DNA of 64,000 nt. Origin: an uncultured virus (IMG/VR IMGVR_UViG_3300032323_003315). Lineage: Duplodnaviria > Heunggongvirae > Uroviricota > Caudoviricetes. The notes under the pieces were generated by a model. The model saw only the letters and a list, made by a program, of their open reading frames with translations. It was not told where the DNA came from and searched no databases. The stretch is from the IMG/VR virus record IMGVR_UViG_3300032323_003315, one strand, 5' to 3'. The first letter of the stretch is position 1; every line of letters begins with the position of its first letter. Shown in pieces: positions 18,410-28,211 of the stretch. Position numbers and translations under genes: made by a program.

Positions 18410-19780
18410 TTATGGTACGATGTTAAGTACATTTCCGTTTCGCCATACAGAACCCGAAGGCAAACCCGCAGCCGCAGTTGGTATATTCTTTATAGATAGA
18501 TTGTTTACAAAGGTGGCACAAACTCTGTCGGTGGTTATGTTTGAGCCTACTATATATGATTTGCAACACGAAGCCACGTTAGAAGTACCACCTAAAATGC
18601 CCGAAGCATAACCACTTGCGGTATTACTAATACCACTACCCGTGAAAGCATAACGACCACTTGATGTGTTAATCAAACCACTACCAACGAAAGAATAAAA
18701 ATTACTTGATATATTATATTGACCGCTTACTGTTACCGCTTGTTGACCACTTGTTGTGTTACAAAACCCACTACCCGTGAAAGCACCATTACCGCTTGTT
18801 AGGTTAAGAGCGCCACTACCCGTGAAACCATAATTAAAGTTTGTTGTGTTGCAACACCCATTACCTGTAAAAGCATAAAATCCGCTTGTTGTGTTACACA
18901 GCCCACTTCCCGTGAAAGCGTAATTGCACTCTGTCAAGTTGTTTTGACCACTTCCCGTGAAAGCACCAAAACCGCTTGTTGTGCTACAAAGCCCACTACC
19001 CGTGAAAGAAAAACAACCACTTGATGTGTTACACAAACCCGTACCAATGAAAGAATAAAAATTACTTGATATATTATATTGACCACTTACTGTTACCGAT
19101 TGCTGACCACTTGTGGCATTTAAAAAACCACTACCCGTAAAAGCACCATTACCGCTTGTCGTGTTAGAAACCCCATTACCCGTAAAAGCGTAATAATTGC
19201 TTGTCGTGTTACAAAACCCACTTCCCGTGAAAGCGGTTTGAACGCTTGTGTTGTTGCAACAGCCACTTCCCGTGAAAGCGTAGAAACCGCTTGTTGTGTT
19301 ATACCTACCACTTCCCGTGAAAGCGTAATCACCGCTTGTTGTGTTCTCCGTACCACTTCCCGTAAAAGCGTGATAACCGCTTGTTAGGTTACAAGAACCA
19401 CTTCCCGTAAAACCATAAAACCCACTTGTAGTATTACTGCAACCACTACCCACAAAACCTACTTTTGCCGTTACTTGATTGCCATAACCACCTACTACAA
19501 TTCCATAACAAGCACCCCCATCAATAGAGTTTGAACAACCACCTAAAGCTGCACTACAAGGTGCTTGTGCTACGTTATTCACACCGCATCTTATTGTTGA
19601 GTTTGCTCCCCCGCCTTCAATAATTATTCCGCCACCGCCTGTATAGGCAGAAACGGTACTTACGTTCCCATTTACGTCTTTTATTTTCAGCGTATTGTCT
19701 GCAATGTCTATAAACACCGCTAAACCATTACCTGTATATGGTGCGGATATGGTTGATTTATTACTTTTAGTTAGTGCCAT
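18410..19780 (-). CDS. Cys-containing Gly/Ser/Thr repeat fibre (beta-roll-like)
   Basis: More than 20 copies of a 15-aa FTGSGxxNxTSGxxA unit; C-terminal PTAAAGLPSGSVW motif. Confidence 0.75.
   Translation of the reverse strand: MALTKSNKSTISAPYTGNGLAVFIDIADNTLKIKDVNGNVSTVSAYTGGGGIIIEGGGANSTIRCGVNNVAQAPCSAALGGCSNSIDGGACYGIVVGGYGNQVTAKVGFVGSGCSNTTSGFYGFTGSGSCNLTSGYHAFTGSGTENTTSGDYAFTGSGRYNTTSGFYAFTGSGCCNNTSVQTAFTGSGFCNTTSNYYAFTGNGVSNTTSGNGAFTGSGFLNATSGQQSVTVSGQYNISSNFYSFIGTGLCNTSSGCFSFTGSGLCSTTSGFGAFTGSGQNNLTECNYAFTGSGLCNTTSGFYAFTGNGCCNTTNFNYGFTGSGALNLTSGNGAFTGSGFCNTTSGQQAVTVSGQYNISSNFYSFVGSGLINTSSGRYAFTGSGISNTASGYASGILGGTSNVASCCKSYIVGSNITTDRVCATFVNNLSIKNIPTAAAGLPSGSVWRNGNVLNIVP
18600..19560 (-). 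repeat. 45-bp degenerate coding tandem repeat, including a higher-order duplication 360 bp apart
   Basis: ccact(t/a)cccgtgaaagc recurs every 45 nt; 18650-18800 is nearly identical to 19010-19160. Confidence 0.85.
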
Positions 19781-19783
19781 TTT

Positions 19784-19981
19784 TTATTTTTTATCATTTT
19801 TTTCCTCTCCTTCTGCTTTTGTTTCTTCTATTTTTTCGCTTGGGTGTATTGCTCTCAATGTGTTTATTGCAAAAGCAATGTTTACCACATCTTGAATTGT
19901 AAATACACCGCTTTTGTTAGCAAATTCTAAAGCTGAAACAAGCAGGTCAAGGGCTTGGCTTGGTGTTGTCGTGTTGTCCAT
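19784..19981 (-). CDS. Small hypothetical protein
   Basis: QALDLLVSALEFANKSGVFTIQD; start ATG 19981. Confidence 0.6.
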   Translation of the reverse strand: MDNTTTPSQALDLLVSALEFANKSGVFTIQDVVNIAFAINTLRAIHPSEKIEETKAEGEEKNDKK

Positions 19982-19986
19982 ATATT

Positions 19987-20298
19987 TTATGCTTCTAATG
20001 TTACAATATTGCAAGTGCCTGTACCTGTTACCTCTTCAATAGCGGTGATGCACTTGTTGTGAATTAAAGTAGCCAAATCATTGCCCCAAAATTCGGCTGC
20101 CGTAAGTTCGGCATTAACCAAAGAAGGCAAGTTTGGTACATTTACGGGTGAGCCACCCGCTTCAAAGGTCGCTTTGTCTTTGTAGTAAGTAATTAAAGCC
20201 CTTGAAAAAGGCTGATAAAGTTGTATATCAAGAAAGCCGAAAGGCTTAACCGTAAAACCATCCGAGGTGGTTACATTGGTTGTTATTTGAAGAGCCAT
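19987..20298 (-). CDS. Hypothetical fibre-accessory protein
   Basis: MALQITT start typical of genes following fibres; -7 box near 20318. Confidence 0.6.
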   Translation of the reverse strand: MALQITTNVTTSDGFTVKPFGFLDIQLYQPFSRALITYYKDKATFEAGGSPVNVPNLPSLVNAELTAAEFWGNDLATLIHNKCITAIEEVTGTGTCNIVTLEA

Positions 20299-20328
20299 AT
20301 TATTTGTATTATTGTTTCAAATATAAGG

Positions 20329-22569
20329 TTAATATTTTATTTGTGTACCACGGAAAGTAGCTACTACACGAATGACCGTATCTGCTGCTGCCGTTGGAGG
20401 TGGCGTGAATAGTATTCTTAAACTTTCGTTTGTGTCGTTAGCATTGATTGTGAACGCTACTGCTGCCATACTTGTATTAGCATTGATAGAGCCAATCTCT
20501 TGAACCGTACCTACAAGGGAAGTATTTGTATTAAGGCGTTTAATAGTCGCTTTATAGCTTGTTGCTGCTACATCGCCAACTACTGTTGTTCCCGCACCCG
20601 CAACTGTGCAAATAGAAGTAATGTCAATTATTCCGTGCCATACGCTATTTGTACTTGGAAGTATTGCTGCTACACTTGCACCATCCAAGAAAAGTTCGGT
20701 TTGAGCCGTTCCTGTAATTTCTCTACGCCAAATAAGTTCGTGTGCTTGTGCATCACCATTTGCACTAAATCTACCTGAAGCGTATGATTGTTGTCCATAT
20801 AGATTTGCTACGGAATTTGCACCTCCTAAAATAGCAGAAAAAGCAGCATTAGCAGCATTTGTAGAACCCCCAACAACACTACTTCCACTTGCGTTTGCAA
20901 CATTGTTATTTCCCGCACCTATGAAGTTACGACCACTAAAAGAACCTGCTGTATTCTGAAAACCACCAACAATAAAAGCGTTACCATTACAAGTGTTTTC
21001 TTGTCCTCCACCAATAAAACATTGTTCACTTGTTCCTAAACTATTAAGGTATCCACCCGCTATTGAACTTCTTATATCTCCACCACCTATACTATTAGCA
21101 TTTCCTCCAAGTATTGCACACATTCTATTATTGCCTATACTATTTCCATCACCACCACCAATAAACCCACCATTTCTATCACCACAAGAATTGTTTATAC
21201 CCCCCACAACAGATGAATAGAGATTTGTGGCTCTATTATTTATACCACCACCAACAAATGTATAAGTATTTGATGCTAAATTTTGAGTTCCCCCCACTAC
21301 CACACTCCAATCACCACTTGCTACGTTTCTATTTGCTGCTGTTCCCGCATTTCCTCCTCCACCTATGAAAGAGTAAGAACCCGTTGCTTGGTTATTACCT
21401 CCTCCTACTACTACTCCGTGTGGTGTAAAGAAAGAAAGAGTATTAGTTCCGCTTGCGGTTGCATTTTGAGAAAGCGTAAGCGAAGTTCCGCTTATCGCTG
21501 CAACATAAGTATCTGCTGCAATTCCTGTTCCTGTTATATATTGTCCTACTTTAATACTTGCATTAGATGCTGCTAAAGTTGCTGCCGTAGTTCCACTTGT
21601 AGTTGTAGTGCTTTGGGTTGTTACGGCTGCGTTAGCAGTTCCACTATTAGTGAACCCCCCACATATTACGTTGTAATAACCCCCTGCGGTGTTTGATTTT
21701 CCACCACCTACTCTTGACCACAATCCACTTGCCGTATTAGTCTGTCCACCGCCTACAAAACTATGAGCAGCACTTGCTGTATTAGATTGACCACCTCCAA
21801 CAGTTGTATGTGTTGCAGATGCCGTGTTTGATTGTCCACCGCCTATTGTTGAAGAAGCACCACTTGCAGTATTATTCTGCCCTCCCGATATGGTAGCACC
21901 TCCTGAACTCGTATTATTAGTAAATCCACCACCAATAGTTTGATAGTATTGAGGTGCAGAGTTTGTGTCGTTAAATCTACCTCCTCCAATAACTGAAAAA
22001 CCACTTCTTAATTGGTTATCAAGTCCACCGCCAATTACGCAGTTACCTTCGTTATTATCGTTTAATATTTGGTTTCCGCTACCTCCACTTATAACGTGGT
22101 TTCCATTTACAGCAGATACCAAGTTGTTATCTCCACCACTAATTGTTGAATAAGTAGTAAATTGACCCGTTATCCTATTTCTATAACCACCACCAATAAC
22201 AGAATAACTTGAACTTGCAACTTGGTTTGATGCGGTTCGTTGCATTTGTAAATCTACAACATAAATACCTCTTGCATCCCCACCCGTAGTAGTTCCATCG
22301 GGAATAGCAGCCACAATAGCCCCGTTTCCCTTTGGTACAATCGCTGCGTTTACATTGGTTGCTGCGTTATTTGGTATCCACCTACTTGTCGCTTGTGTTG
22401 CCGAACTAAAACTCTCCGACCAATTAGAAACGCCAACGGCTGTCCTAAAATTGCTTATCGTAATTTTTTTTGTTTCGCTTGCGGTATCATCCCAAATGGG
22501 TAATAAATCGGCATTATCAACATTCGCTGCCAATAATTCCGTGAGTTGTGCTATGGTTAATTCAGCCAT
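20329..22569 (-). CDS. Long Gly-rich repeat fibre/adhesin
   Basis: Many GGGxxNxASGxxSxV 15-aa units; N-terminal TIAQLTEL..DLLPIWD..ETKKITI anchor. Confidence 0.8.
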   Translation of the reverse strand: MAELTIAQLTELLAANVDNADLLPIWDDTASETKKITISNFRTAVGVSNWSESFSSATQATSRWIPNNAATNVNAAIVPKGNGAIVAAIPDGTTTGGDARGIYVVDLQMQRTASNQVASSSYSVIGGGYRNRITGQFTTYSTISGGDNNLVSAVNGNHVISGGSGNQILNDNNEGNCVIGGGLDNQLRSGFSVIGGGRFNDTNSAPQYYQTIGGGFTNNTSSGGATISGGQNNTASGASSTIGGGQSNTASATHTTVGGGQSNTASAAHSFVGGGQTNTASGLWSRVGGGKSNTAGGYYNVICGGFTNSGTANAAVTTQSTTTTSGTTAATLAASNASIKVGQYITGTGIAADTYVAAISGTSLTLSQNATASGTNTLSFFTPHGVVVGGGNNQATGSYSFIGGGGNAGTAANRNVASGDWSVVVGGTQNLASNTYTFVGGGINNRATNLYSSVVGGINNSCGDRNGGFIGGGDGNSIGNNRMCAILGGNANSIGGGDIRSSIAGGYLNSLGTSEQCFIGGGQENTCNGNAFIVGGFQNTAGSFSGRNFIGAGNNNVANASGSSVVGGSTNAANAAFSAILGGANSVANLYGQQSYASGRFSANGDAQAHELIWRREITGTAQTELFLDGASVAAILPSTNSVWHGIIDITSICTVAGAGTTVVGDVAATSYKATIKRLNTNTSLVGTVQEIGSINANTSMAAVAFTINANDTNESLRILFTPPPTAAADTVIRVVATFRGTQIKY

Positions 22570-22582
22570 TTCGTTTTAATAT

Positions 22583-22747
22583 TTAAGGTGTTGGTGCTTT
22601 CCAAACTAATCTGTCGTTGTCGCCCGTTTTTACTAAAATACGATTACTTTTACCTGTTTTCCAAAGCAAAAAATCTTTTTGAACATCGGGGGCTGCTCCG
22701 CCACCCGAAACCGTGTTACCAATTATATTTCGTAGCCCTAATTTCAT
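22583..22747 (-). CDS. 54-aa spike adaptor-like protein
   Basis: Below ORF-track cutoff; MKLGLRNIIGNTVSGGGAAP...; start overlaps the upstream stop. Confidence 0.6.
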   Translation of the reverse strand: MKLGLRNIIGNTVSGGGAAPDVQKDFLLWKTGKSNRILVKTGDNDRLVWKAPTP

Positions 22748-23013
22748 TAGTAAAGAGCCAAAATATCACTTGCATCAGTATCGGTTGCCCATACCTTTTG
22801 CACTTGAATTGGCATAAATGTACCATCAACAACATTATGAAATGTTACTTTTTGGCCTCCAAGCATCGTAACGGTAATTTTTCCTCCCGTACCAATATAC
22901 AAGCAAGCACCATTATTTGAAGCCGCAGTAATAGTTCCGCCTGATAGCGTGATATTTGAATTGTTATTGGGTGTTACTATTTCAGCATTAAATGCTTGTT
23001 CTAAATATGTCAT
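22747..23013 (-). CDS. Vertex spike-base protein (RcGTA Rcc01079-like)
   Basis: LYIGTGG.I.V.M.GG..VTF.NV..GTF.PIQV..V.AT.T.AS.I.ALY. Confidence 0.7.
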   Translation of the reverse strand: MTYLEQAFNAEIVTPNNNSNITLSGGTITAASNNGACLYIGTGGKITVTMLGGQKVTFHNVVDGTFMPIQVQKVWATDTDASDILALY

Positions 23014-23015
23014 TT

Positions 23016-23516
23016 TTAATAGTATTGTTTATACAACGAATATAGTTCTTTGCCCGTATTTGAGAAGCGAATTGGTATCTTAACCCAACCTACGGGCGTT
23101 TGTAATTTCATGTTGCCAATAAAGTCAAGTTCAATGTCTTGTTTTGCAATTAGCTGTGCTGCTATGGTGCGCCAATTATTGAACACGTCTTCGGGGCGAA
23201 CATCTATTGTGATAAAGATTTTGGTTATACCATCGGGCTGTACGGTATAAATACCTTTTTGATATATTTTGGATAGTTCTTTGCCTTGTGTAAATACTTT
23301 CAAATCAATATCCTTAATATTTGCTTTAAAAGCACTCTTGTTGGTTATCGTAAAGTGCATGTTGCCCTTCAACCTTGGGGTAACGCTGATAAGTTTAAAA
23401 TCATCTACGCTATAATCCCATTGTTGGGCAAGCATTACGTTTTTATACAAATAGCGCAATAGGGTTGCTCCCGCTAACCCTACGCCCGAATATAACAAAA
23501 CCTTTTTTGTATTCAT
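23016..23516 (-). CDS. N-anchored LEA_2/WHy-like domain protein
   Basis: TM then beta-sandwich pattern (FTITNKSAF.ANIKDIDLKV). Confidence 0.6.
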   Translation of the reverse strand: MNTKKVLLYSGVGLAGATLLRYLYKNVMLAQQWDYSVDDFKLISVTPRLKGNMHFTITNKSAFKANIKDIDLKVFTQGKELSKIYQKGIYTVQPDGITKIFITIDVRPEDVFNNWRTIAAQLIAKQDIELDFIGNMKLQTPVGWVKIPIRFSNTGKELYSLYKQYY

Positions 23517-23518
23517 GT

Positions 23519-24301
23519 TTATCTCGTATAACGATAAATCGCAAATAATAGACCACCTACTAACAAAGCAGGAATAGCGTAATTCATAGCCTTTTTCTTA
23601 TCCAAGGGCTGAAGGCCGCTTTCTCCACTTGTGGTAGTGTTTACTTGCTCCATGGATGGAATTGGCGATAATGCGCCGCCCGCAACACCGCCGCCTACTA
23701 CTTGTCCTGTTGGGCGACCTCCTGTTGTAGTGCTACCGCCCGTAGTCGTAGTGGTAGTTGTGGTAGTGCTACTTGCAGCATCTTTTAATTCCCTGTCAAA
23801 CGCCTTGTCGTATGCTTTAACAACATCGGCACGATAGTCGTTTATAACCTGCATCATACCACGAACATCTTGTAATTGTGCTATCCACTCTCTGTTCGGA
23901 CTTACACTAAACTGTTTTAGGTTTTCTGCTATGCGCTTTACTAAACCTTGTCTTTCGTTTTCGTAGTATTCATAATCCTTTGTCAAGCTATCAATAATAG
24001 CTGCTAAAGTTTCAGAGGGCATTTTGTCGTTGAAAGGATATTTTGGGCCTATGATGTCCTTTTTGTAATGCTCCATCTTGCTCCTTTGTGGATTGGATGG
24101 ACTGCCCATAACCTCCTGCGCTCTTTTTTTCGCGCTTGGCACTAACAACAAAAATACTGCCGAAGGAGGAAACGCTACCGCTAATGCCGTAAATGTTCTT
24201 CTTGTTCTTGTTCTTGTATTAGTACCTCCTGCGTTAGCATAACCCATTTCGGTGTAGTAATCGCTTGTTTGTGGTATTCCAAGTTCTCTATTTAAGTGCA
24301 T
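23519..24301 (-). CDS. Membrane protein with YANAGG motif, Thr/Gly linker and C-terminal TM
   Basis: Poly-Thr tract; ends ALLVGGLLFAIYRYTR. Confidence 0.7.
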   Translation of the reverse strand: MHLNRELGIPQTSDYYTEMGYANAGGTNTRTRTRRTFTALAVAFPPSAVFLLLVPSAKKRAQEVMGSPSNPQRSKMEHYKKDIIGPKYPFNDKMPSETLAAIIDSLTKDYEYYENERQGLVKRIAENLKQFSVSPNREWIAQLQDVRGMMQVINDYRADVVKAYDKAFDRELKDAASSTTTTTTTTTGGSTTTGGRPTGQVVGGGVAGGALSPIPSMEQVNTTTSGESGLQPLDKKKAMNYAIPALLVGGLLFAIYRYTR

Positions 24302-24305
24302 GTCT

Positions 24306-24866
24306 TTATTTATTAGCTTTTTTTATTATTACAAATATAGTGGTAAGCGCAACAAGGCCGCCCAAACCAAACAGCAACATCTTTTGGGTATTACTGCTTT
24401 TGGGTGGTGTTGAAGTTGCCCCTGCTTGTGGTTGTGTGATTTGCTGCAAAGTGCTGATAAACGACTGCTCTTCTTGTGCTTTTTGCCTAATGTCGCATTT
24501 TAGCTTCCTTGCGTGCGCCTCAAGTTCAGCAATACGACCACCTACAAGCGAATTATAATCATTCAACACACGCTTTTCACCACGCCCTGTTTTGGGGTTG
24601 GATATTTTAATGTTGTTGTTGTTTATATCTGCTTTGGCTTTGGCAATCAAATTAGCAAGTTCCTCGCAATCATCGCTGATAGGGAAAGCCCTGTTAACTT
24701 GACTACGGCGGTCTGTACCCGCTTCTTCAGCAGCCCTCTGTCGGGCTTCTCTTTTTCTTTTACGACTACCAAAAAGGTTATTATACTCACCATTTTGGCC
24801 AAACGCTATACGGCCATCCATTCCGAATGACATATCGCCGTCTTGAAAAAAACTATCTATATCCAT
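24306..24866 (-). CDS. C-anchored coiled-coil membrane protein
   Basis: Ends LLFGLGGLVALTTIFVIIKKANK. Confidence 0.7.
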   Translation of the reverse strand: MDIDSFFQDGDMSFGMDGRIAFGQNGEYNNLFGSRKRKREARQRAAEEAGTDRRSQVNRAFPISDDCEELANLIAKAKADINNNNIKISNPKTGRGEKRVLNDYNSLVGGRIAELEAHARKLKCDIRQKAQEEQSFISTLQQITQPQAGATSTPPKSSNTQKMLLFGLGGLVALTTIFVIIKKANK

Positions 24867-24878
24867 TTTTTTTATTAT

Positions 24879-25367
24879 TTATAATTTAATTACGTCCTCC
24901 CGAACCCATATCCTGTTTGGATTGGGGATTGCTTTAAATACGTCTTTGTCGTACCACGACCTACGGCCTTGAATATCGTCATAAAGGGTTTTATCCATGT
25001 TAATAGACAACCAATTATATTCTTTGCCCGTAACGGGGTTTTTTGTTTTTGTCTGTTGAACAACCTTTACGACCTTACCTACAAGGGTATCGGTATTCAG
25101 CACAACGCCATATATATTGTTGGTTACTCCATCGTTTACTGCGGGAGAAGTTCTTATTTTCATGTCGCTTACACGGCTAAAAACATTTTTACCAATAATG
25201 GTTTTATTGGCAATGGCTTTCGTTACGCTTGTGTTTGGCTTGTCCTGTTCGGGTGTAGTGTCCTCTTCTGTTTTATTGGCTTTTTTGCCTTTTACAGTAC
25301 CAATTAATAGATAAACAAGTGCCGAAACACCAAGGCCAACGCTGATATATACTAATCCTTTTTTCAT
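24879..25367 (-). CDS. N-anchored protein with SH3b-like domain
   Basis: TM; MKIRTSP...W...WVREDVI pattern. Confidence 0.55.
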   Translation of the reverse strand: MKKGLVYISVGLGVSALVYLLIGTVKGKKANKTEEDTTPEQDKPNTSVTKAIANKTIIGKNVFSRVSDMKIRTSPAVNDGVTNNIYGVVLNTDTLVGKVVKVVQQTKTKNPVTGKEYNWLSINMDKTLYDDIQGRRSWYDKDVFKAIPNPNRIWVREDVIKL

Positions 25368-25543
25368 TTTGGCGCACTATCTATTCTTTTGAGTAACTCT
25401 TCCATTTCTTTATCCTGTTTGGCAAGTGCCGCAATACGGTTTCTCTTACCCGCAGTTGCGCGATACAAAATGCCACCCACAAGTAAACCACCAAAAACGA
25501 CACCGCCCCAAATTAATATCTTTTTCTTATTTGTCTGCAACAT
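25364..25543 (-). CDS. 59-aa membrane protein
   Basis: Not in track; MLQTNKKKILIWGGVVFGGLLVGGILYR...; coupled to both neighbours. Confidence 0.7.
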   Translation of the reverse strand: MLQTNKKKILIWGGVVFGGLLVGGILYRATAGKRNRIAALAKQDKEMEELLKRIDSAPK

Positions 25544-26013
25544 TATGAAATACCCTTTCCTAAATTATTGGGGTTTTTAAGATTTTTGTATGCTTTTGCT
25601 CCAAAATATATACCCGCACCAACAAGTGCAATGGGTACTGCTATCTTTAAAATCTTACCTGCATTTCCTAAACCTTTGGCAAAATTGCTTATGGTATCAC
25701 CTATGCTATCCACTACATCTAAAACACCGCCCGAAACATTCAATATTGGCGACAAAATACCTGCACTATCATAAGTGCTTAATTTGTTTTTGCTAACATA
25801 CGTTCTGAACTCTGTATTAAACGTGCGGCAATCATAGTGGCTTGCGCCCATAGTTCCTTTTTGATAAGCATACTCCCAAATGTATTTGGCTTTTTCTGCT
25901 CCAAAATGTTCTTTCAATAGGGTATGCCATCTTGCCCAATCAGCACAAGACCATGCGGTATCTCTACCCCATTCATCATAATTCGGTGTGCTATTCCATG
26001 AGGTTACTGCCAT
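25543..26013 (-). CDS. C-anchored membrane protein, Trp-rich N-domain
   Basis: IAVPIALVGAGIYFGAK. Confidence 0.7.
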   Translation of the reverse strand: MAVTSWNSTPNYDEWGRDTAWSCADWARWHTLLKEHFGAEKAKYIWEYAYQKGTMGASHYDCRTFNTEFRTYVSKNKLSTYDSAGILSPILNVSGGVLDVVDSIGDTISNFAKGLGNAGKILKIAVPIALVGAGIYFGAKAYKNLKNPNNLGKGIS

Positions 26014-26017
26014 ATCT

Positions 26018-26353
26018 TTATCTTTTTGCGCTACCGCCTTTGGTGAAAAAGGTTTTGCCGTTTACGCTGAATGTAGGTGTGGGATTGCCTTTCTCGGTTT
26101 CCCATACTGCTTTGTACCATTCTTTTGCATAGTTATCGCCTAAACCATCCCAAAACTCAAGGAAATCCTTGATGGTGTCCTTGGTATATGGTGTGTTCAA
26201 GCCTTCGCTGCTCATACCAACAAACTTGCCCATGGCCTTTTTGGTGGTGAATAAACCAACGCCGCTTTTGCGATTTTTTACGATTTGATTGGCAAGGGCT
26301 ATCAATGATATTGCCCCAACTCCGTATAACGCTATTTCAATTCCTTTTTTCAT
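26018..26353 (-). CDS. N-anchored membrane protein
   Basis: IALYGVGAISLIALA. Confidence 0.65.
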   Translation of the reverse strand: MKKGIEIALYGVGAISLIALANQIVKNRKSGVGLFTTKKAMGKFVGMSSEGLNTPYTKDTIKDFLEFWDGLGDNYAKEWYKAVWETEKGNPTPTFSVNGKTFFTKGGSAKR

Positions 26354-27132
26354 TATTGTATTACCATGTTTATTTTTTCAAAGTCGTTTATGAATTTGTT
26401 TATTACATCATAACGCTCTTTGTTCTGTTCGCTCGGTACGCCCTTGAATGTTTCAAGGAACGCTTGATATGCTTCAATACGGGGATAGCCAAGGCCAAGA
26501 TAAATCAGCAAGCCATTTAAGTCTGCTTCTATCTCGTCGTCCATAGTTTCGTTTAGATAGAAATGCGAAAATTCGTGCATAAGGATAGCAATACGCATCG
26601 GGATAGTCATGCTATCAAACGCTTTTTTACTTACCTGTATAACGCCCGTTCTCTTGCTTATTCTCGCAGGGGTGTTTAACTCTTGACCATTTTTGCCCGT
26701 GATTGTAGGCATTAAATTGATATAAAAGTTCCTGTCCGCGCTTGTATAGATATTTGGCTCAAGTTCGTCTATGTTGAAAGCGAACCTTTGTGCAAACTCA
26801 ACAAAGCTACGGATGTTGCCGTTGGATATATCGCCAACGTCAATTCTTCGCTCCAATGGCAGTTTCTCAACTGAAACGATTTTGAAATGTTCCTTCTCGC
26901 CTTTTTTAATAATCCCCTTGTCGCTGATAACTTCAACGATAGCCTTATTGGGGCTTAATGGCATACGCACAAACAAATTCTCATCGCCATTTATGGTTTT
27001 ATAGCGATTGGTGAATACGCGTTTAGGATTTTCCTCGTCATAAACCTTTAGACGCACTTTTTGGGGGCTATCCGTGTGAATAGCCACCTTCAAGTTTACG
27101 GGCGCATGGCTTGTAGTTATTCTGTATTTCAT
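26353..27132 (-). CDS. HExxH zinc metalloprotease (gluzincin-like), candidate maturation protease
   Basis: AILMHEFSHF...EIEADLNG...GY; soluble protein embedded in the membrane-protein block. Confidence 0.75.
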   Translation of the reverse strand: MKYRITTSHAPVNLKVAIHTDSPQKVRLKVYDEENPKRVFTNRYKTINGDENLFVRMPLSPNKAIVEVISDKGIIKKGEKEHFKIVSVEKLPLERRIDVGDISNGNIRSFVEFAQRFAFNIDELEPNIYTSADRNFYINLMPTITGKNGQELNTPARISKRTGVIQVSKKAFDSMTIPMRIAILMHEFSHFYLNETMDDEIEADLNGLLIYLGLGYPRIEAYQAFLETFKGVPSEQNKERYDVINKFINDFEKINMVIQ

Positions 27133-27347
27133 TTGCCTATTGCGTTTATGGTTTCCGTTGGCGTATCATTAACCTTAACTCCACCGCTTGTAAGTTTGTC
27201 CAAAGCGCGACTTATACTATCGGGCTTGATATTATTGGGGTCAATACCGCTTTGCAAAGGTTTTGCGTTTGTAGCTTGAATTACTTTCCAAAGCACAAAC
27301 AGCGCAGCACCGCCTACAACGATTAGTTTTAGTTTCTGATTACTCAT
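27129..27347 (-). CDS. Small N-anchored membrane protein
   Basis: MSNQKLKLIVVGGAALFVLW; start ATG 27347. Confidence 0.65.
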   Translation of the reverse strand: MSNQKLKLIVVGGAALFVLWKVIQATNAKPLQSGIDPNNIKPDSISRALDKLTSGGVKVNDTPTETINAIGK

Positions 27348-27621
27348 GTTTCTTTTTAGTAAACACCCGATAAGCAAATACTCCCAACACAACAATAGTT
27401 AGCCCAAAGGCCACATTGCGTATCAAAATTTTCCTTTTATCGGGTTCATTTTGTTTTTTGTTTTCGTCCTCGCCTAATAAACTCAACATTTCAGCATTGG
27501 CAGCGACATTAGGGATGTGAACCCCTTTTGTCTTTTCTCTTTCAATCCAATCTTTGAACGAAAGAGTAGTGCCGCTTTCCTTGTAAAGTTGATTTGCGCT
27601 TTTGTCAATTATGTTGTTCAT
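27340..27621 (-). CDS. Small C-anchored membrane protein
   Basis: VAFGLTIVVLGVFAYRVFTKKK. Confidence 0.7.
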   Translation of the reverse strand: MNNIIDKSANQLYKESGTTLSFKDWIEREKTKGVHIPNVAANAEMLSLLGEDENKKQNEPDKRKILIRNVAFGLTIVVLGVFAYRVFTKKKHE

Positions 27622-27634
27622 GTTGTTTTCAAAT

Positions 27635-28207
27635 TTAGTGCAAAATATTCTCTATTGTTAGAGGCATTTTGCCGCTAAAACCAACAGCAACCACACCGCC
27701 GCCGCCCGTTGTAGGTAATTTTATCTCACAACCTGCCGCTTTGCCGTTGCTATCTAATTTAAGCGTACCACCACCGCAATAGGGTGAAAGTTTGCAGGAA
27801 TTTGTAGCAGGGTCATAAGTACCGCCATAGCCATTAGATTTGCAAGGGTCATAAGCCGACAAACCCCCACCTGTCTGCGCTTGCTTCATAGCGTCTTTAG
27901 CGGTTTGCTCTGCGGGCTTGTCCAAAGGAATTGGCTCACATTTTCTTGTGGCAGGATTATACCTTTCACCTGTTTTGCAAGTTGGCCATGTATTTGTTTG
28001 AGGTGCGGGCGCGGGCGCAGGCGCAGGCGCAGGTGTTGGTATAAACACAGGAAACGCTCCACCACCGCCACCACTACCGCCGCCACTTTCGCCGCTTTCA
28101 ACAGCGTATGCTTTGGGTTTGCGAGTTTTCCAAATATAAAAAACTACGCCCGCTACGAGCAGTAGCCCTAATAGCGAATTTCTTTGGTCTTTCTTATTTT
28201 TTTCCAT
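27635..28207 (-). CDS. N-anchored protein with Gly and Pro-Ala linkers and Cys-paired mini-domains
   Basis: CKTGERYNPATRKC and CKSNG..YDPATNSC repeats. Confidence 0.7.
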   Translation of the reverse strand: MEKNKKDQRNSLLGLLLVAGVVFYIWKTRKPKAYAVESGESGGGSGGGGGAFPVFIPTPAPAPAPAPAPQTNTWPTCKTGERYNPATRKCEPIPLDKPAEQTAKDAMKQAQTGGGLSAYDPCKSNGYGGTYDPATNSCKLSPYCGGGTLKLDSNGKAAGCEIKLPTTGGGGVVAVGFSGKMPLTIENILH

Positions 28208-28211
28208 GTGG

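Noticed and set aside
18600..19560. Near-identical 150-bp copies as a DGR template/variable repeat pair
   Set aside because: Both copies are in frame in one repeat protein, differences are not adenine-specific, and no reverse transcriptase is present in the window
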